From: Ignavibacteriota bacterium
GTDB taxonomy: Bacteria > Bacteroidota > Ignavibacteria > UBA10030 > UBA6906
Assembly (NCBI GenBank): GCA_963801355.1
Contig: CAWDEM010000004.1
Coordinates: 800,001-864,000 of the forward strand
DNA length: 64,000 nucleotides
Direction of reading: 5' to 3'
Notes under the pieces: generated by a model
Databases searched by the model: none
Told to the model about the DNA's origin: nothing
The model's input: only the letters and a program-made list of their open reading frames with translations
In this document: piece by piece, positions 60,810-64,000 of the stretch
Numbering within the stretch: position 1 is the first letter of the stretch
Layout of the letters: every line of letters begins with the position of its first letter
Translations under genes and position numbers: made by a program

Positions 60810-60839
60810 AGTTACATTTGGGTTATGGTTAATGTAACT
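60810..60839. promoter_or_regulatory. Perfect 9-bp inverted repeat upstream of serine hydrolase
   Basis: AGTTACATT-N12-AATGTAACT. Confidence 0.45.
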
Positions 60840-60911
60840 TACGGCAGTCACATGTCATGACCCTGGCGGAACGATTCGTACCATCCAAACCCTGTTCTTG
60901 CGGAGTCACCG

Positions 60912-62489
60912 ATGAAAACAACAGTGTTCTCGCGCTTTATCCTGCTTGTGCTCGCGGCAGTCGCGGTCCCGGAAATTCTCGCACAGCCATCCCTCCCCCC
61001 TGATCTGGACGCTTACGTAGAGCGTGTCCGGAAACAGTTTGACGTCCCCGGGATCAGCCTGACGATCGTCAAAGATAGGAAGGTGCTCCTCGCCCGGGGG
61101 TACGGTCTCAAGAAGATGGGGACGCCGGGTGCGGTAGATGCCGGGACCGTCTTTGCGATTGCCTCAAACACGAAGGCATTTACGGCTACAGCGCTGGCCC
61201 TCCTTGTCGAAGAGGGTAAGCTCGAATGGGATGTGCCGGTCATCCGCTACCTCCCCTGGTTCCGGCTCTCCGATCCGTATGTCACCGCCGAGCTGACTGT
61301 TCGCGACCTCCTGGTGCACCGGAGCGGACTGGGTCTTGGTGCCGGAGATTTGCTCATCTGGCCCGGTAGCGATTTGGATCAGCGCGCCATCGTACAGCGG
61401 CTGGCGAAGGTCCCGCTCTCGACTAGCTTCCGCAGCGCGTACGCTTACGACAACGTTCTCTATCTTGCAGCCGGCGAACTCATTGAAGCGGTTTCCGGAC
61501 GGAACTGGCACGATTTCGTCAAGACGCGTATCCTCGACAAACTCGATATGCAGGAGACCGGAGTCAGACATTCGGACATCGAGCGGCTCCCCAATGCCGC
61601 CTCGGCCCACGCTCGCGTGGATGGAGTAGTCAGACCAGTCAATCCGTTCGTGAGTGAGAATTCAGACGCTGCGGGAGGAATTGTCACCAACGCCCGTGAT
61701 ATTGCGAAGTGGCTCTTTGTGCAGCTGGATTCCGGCCGGACCATAACCGGGACGCGACTCTTCAAGCCTTCCACTACGCGAGAGCTCTGGTCGGTCGTAA
61801 CACCCCTGGCCGTCGGCCCTCCGCCTCCGGAACTGGCGGCACTCCGGTCCAATTTCGCCGGCTACGGGCTCGGTTTCGGACTCCGGGAGTACCGCGGGTA
61901 TAAGCTTGTCAGCCACACGGGAGGCCTGTCGGGGTTCGTCTCCCGCATCGCGATGATTCCCGAGCTCAGACTGGGCGTCGCTGTCTTCACGAATCAGGAG
62001 TCTGAGGATGCGTTCATGGCGCTTACGTGCCGGATCCTGGATCATTACACCGGAGCCGGCGATACTGACTGGATCAGCGGGTTCGCGCGGGTCAGAGCGC
62101 GTGCCGACTCACTCCGCGCCGCCCGTGAACGCCAGACCAAACTTGTGCGCGACAGCCTCTCCCGCCCGTCTCTGCCTCTGGACAAATACGCGGCCGCATA
62201 CGAGGACGCATGGTACGGGACGGTATCGATTGCGAAGGAGGACAAAGGGCTGGTGATGCGGTTTTCACATTCTCCCGGGATGGTCGGCGATCTCGAACAC
62301 TGGCAGTACGACACCTTCATCGTCCGATGGCGGGATCGTGAGTTGAGAGCTGACGCCTTTGTAACATTCGCCCTGAGCGCCGAGGGGGCGATCGACCGTG
62401 CGACCATGAAAGCGGTCTCACCCGCGACTGATTTCAGCTTCGATTTTCAGGATCTCCTGTTGAAACCCGTTCCGGTGGGGAAGAAGTAA
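60912..62489 (+). CDS. Serine hydrolase, beta-lactamase/AmpC-like family with C-terminal DUF3471-like domain
   Basis: Signal peptide; SxxK (IASNTK), YxN (YAYDN), HTG; DLLVHRSG. Confidence 0.92.
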   Translation: MKTTVFSRFILLVLAAVAVPEILAQPSLPPDLDAYVERVRKQFDVPGISLTIVKDRKVLLARGYGLKKMGTPGAVDAGTVFAIASNTKAFTATALALLVEEGKLEWDVPVIRYLPWFRLSDPYVTAELTVRDLLVHRSGLGLGAGDLLIWPGSDLDQRAIVQRLAKVPLSTSFRSAYAYDNVLYLAAGELIEAVSGRNWHDFVKTRILDKLDMQETGVRHSDIERLPNAASAHARVDGVVRPVNPFVSENSDAAGGIVTNARDIAKWLFVQLDSGRTITGTRLFKPSTTRELWSVVTPLAVGPPPPELAALRSNFAGYGLGFGLREYRGYKLVSHTGGLSGFVSRIAMIPELRLGVAVFTNQESEDAFMALTCRILDHYTGAGDTDWISGFARVRARADSLRAARERQTKLVRDSLSRPSLPLDKYAAAYEDAWYGTVSIAKEDKGLVMRFSHSPGMVGDLEHWQYDTFIVRWRDRELRADAFVTFALSAEGAIDRATMKAVSPATDFSFDFQDLLLKPVPVGKK

Positions 62490-62708
62490 CGCAAGGCCAA
62501 ACGCTCGAGCCCAGCATCGAGCTGCACCCTGTGCCCTAGATCCCCTCTCTGTTCACAATTGGTCACCTGAGAAGCTGGATAAGGAGCACCGATTCGCTCA
62601 TACAGTCTGGTGTCCGCTGCCCCACAAGAGTTTTGGTCGTGACAGTTCGCGCTCGAGAACTGGTGATTGCCGCCCTAGCAGCAAAATGAGTCAACCCGTA
62701 GTTACAAT

Positions 62709-62796
62709 TACCGCTATAAGAAGATTATGCTTGACATAGTACTGCCAAAGCAGTATTATGATATGACAGTGACCAATTAATACCGCCATAACGGTA
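62709..62796 (+). promoter_or_regulatory. Promoter and palindromic operators of the hip module
   Basis: TTGACA(62731)-17 bp-TATTAT(62754); palindromes TACTGC-CAAA-GCAGTA (62740-62755) and TACCG-CCATAA-CGGTA (62781-62796); half site TACCGCTATAA at 62709. Confidence 0.75.
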
Positions 62797-62800
62797 AACA

Positions 62801-63046
62801 ATGAACTCGATCAAAGAGATAGGCAAGGTTACACGATACCATAGAAGGAAGGCAGGTTTGAGTCAACAAGAGCTTGCCAAGCTTGCCGGAATCGGCAAGA
62901 CGGCTGTCTTCGACCTTGAGAAAGGGAAGGAATCGATCCAACTCGACACGTTGTGGAAGGTCCTCCAGGTCCTGAATATTACAGTCAAGCTTGAAAGTCC
63001 ACTCATGGAAAAATATGCCAAGGAGACCCTCGGTGAGACAGGCTAG
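62801..63046 (+). CDS. XRE-family HTH antitoxin/regulator (HipB-like)
   Basis: RRKAGLSQQELAKLAGIGKTAVFDLEKGK. Confidence 0.9.
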   Translation: MNSIKEIGKVTRYHRRKAGLSQQELAKLAGIGKTAVFDLEKGKESIQLDTLWKVLQVLNITVKLESPLMEKYAKETLGETG

Positions 63047-63344
63047 GGTGTTTGTGAAGGGAATCCCAGCAGGAGTGTTCATAGAACGCAATCGAGGGAC
63101 GGAGTACGTGTTCAGGTATCTTGATGACTATCGTGGCGATCCAGTCTCGTTGACCATGCCGGTCAAGATCAAAGAAACAACATTTGATCGTTTCCCGCCC
63201 TTCTTTGATGGGGTTCTTCCGGAAGGGATCATGCTGGAAGGTCTATTACGTCAGAAAAAATTAGACAAGGATGATTTCTTCGGTCAGCTCATTGTTGTCG
63301 GAGAGGATCTCGTTGGTGCAGTGACCGTCGAACAAATGCCATGA
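63033..63344 (+). CDS. HipA N-terminal-domain protein (HipS-like)
   Basis: GTG start MRQARVF; YVFRY, VSLTMP, PPFFDGVLPEG, DLVGAVTV. Confidence 0.88.
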   Translation: MRQARVFVKGIPAGVFIERNRGTEYVFRYLDDYRGDPVSLTMPVKIKETTFDRFPPFFDGVLPEGIMLEGLLRQKKLDKDDFFGQLIVVGEDLVGAVTVEQMP

Positions 63345-64000
63345 ATCGTTGTCTCATAACATATGAAGAAATCCCTTCCGGGACGCGATACTCATCAGCC
63401 GGACTGAGAATCCTGTCGCGCAGGCTCAGAGGACTTCAGGTCCTCCCATATTCTGCAGAGCAACAAAGACATGAGGCGGTTGCCCGAGCCTCGAAAATGT
63501 CGATCCAGGGAATACAACCGAAGCTCAGCGCTCGCCTCAATGTCACCGAGGGGATATTCGAAATTGTTGACACTGGCGGAGAATACATACTCAAGCCACA
63601 AAATGATTTTCCCGAAGTGCCGGAGAACGAGGATTTGACGATGAGGCTTGCAGCATCAATTGGAGTTGAGATACCCATTCATGGCTTACTGTGTTCAAAA
63701 GACGATTCCCTCACATACTTCATCAAACGTTTTGACCGCACAGGTCAAGGGAAAATAGCCGTTGAGGACTTCGCGCAGCTTTCAGGCAAGACGAGGGATA
63801 CAAAATATGATTCCAGCATGGAACAGGTAATACGCATTATCGATACGCACTGCACCTTCCCGTCTGTCGAGAAAGTGAAACTGTTCCGGCTCACCCTTTT
63901 CAACTATCTGGTAGGCAACGAAGACATGCATTTGAAGAACTTCTCACTTGTACGAAGAAATGATAAGATTGAACTTTCGCCCGCCTACGATCTTGTGAAT
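63341..64000 (+). CDS. HipA-family kinase toxin (HipT-like), truncated by the window end
   Basis: Not in ORF track. MNRCLITY...MSIQGIQPKLS...YILKP...ENEDLTM...IKRFDR...EDFAQL...GNEDMHLKNFSL...LSPAYDLVN; ATGA coupling. Confidence 0.93.
   Translation, partial: MNRCLITYEEIPSGTRYSSAGLRILSRRLRGLQVLPYSAEQQRHEAVARASKMSIQGIQPKLSARLNVTEGIFEIVDTGGEYILKPQNDFPEVPENEDLTMRLAASIGVEIPIHGLLCSKDDSLTYFIKRFDRTGQGKIAVEDFAQLSGKTRDTKYDSSMEQVIRIIDTHCTFPSVEKVKLFRLTLFNYLVGNEDMHLKNFSLVRRNDKIELSPAYDLVN

Noticed and set aside
60912-62489. Bona fide antibiotic-resistance beta-lactamase
   Set aside because: Motifs fit the broad serine hydrolase/peptidase family with a C-terminal extension; activity cannot be inferred
62557-62778. 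10-bp inverted repeat AATTGGTCAC / GTGACCAATT around the hip promoter as an invertible switch
   Set aside because: Short enough to arise by chance and no recombinase in the window

Overview
Gene-dense, GC-rich bacterial chromosome segment, mostly accessory genes. Seven complete T9SS/Por-type C-terminal sorting domains (QNYPNPFNP...) occur together with clear Shine-Dalgarno sites and TTGACA-N17-TAnnnT promoters. This suggests an Ignavibacteria-like member of the Bacteroidota-Chlorobiota group rather than Bacteroidia (inference). Contents in order: (1) a glycyl-radical-enzyme (GRE) locus with the activase 3' end, a GRE with a non-canonical GCHWC cysteine loop, two URO-D-superfamily proteins, sugar ABC components and a GPH-type MFS; (2) PPC, YdeI and methyltransferase genes, an internally deleted GH9 and an intact GH3; (3) a GT-C/GT2/DUF2304 glycosylation trio; (4) an orphan phage-type replication-initiator-like gene with internal 33-bp iteron-like repeats; (5) an FMO and a frameshifted hydrolase; (6) a hybrid two-component sensor among T9SS cargo genes; (7) tandem Ser/Thr kinases; (8) an RND operon whose TolC carries an extra periplasmic-binding-type domain; (9) CotH, a Cys-less purF and a serine hydrolase; (10) a tripartite HipBST-type toxin-antitoxin module cut by the window end. 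Best candidates for undescribed biology are the GRE/URO-D locus, the orphan initiator, and the palindrome-like in-frame insertions and deletion scars around T9SS sorting domains. No rRNA, tRNA, CRISPR, transposase or integrase was recognised. All family calls come from motif recognition by eye, with no database search.
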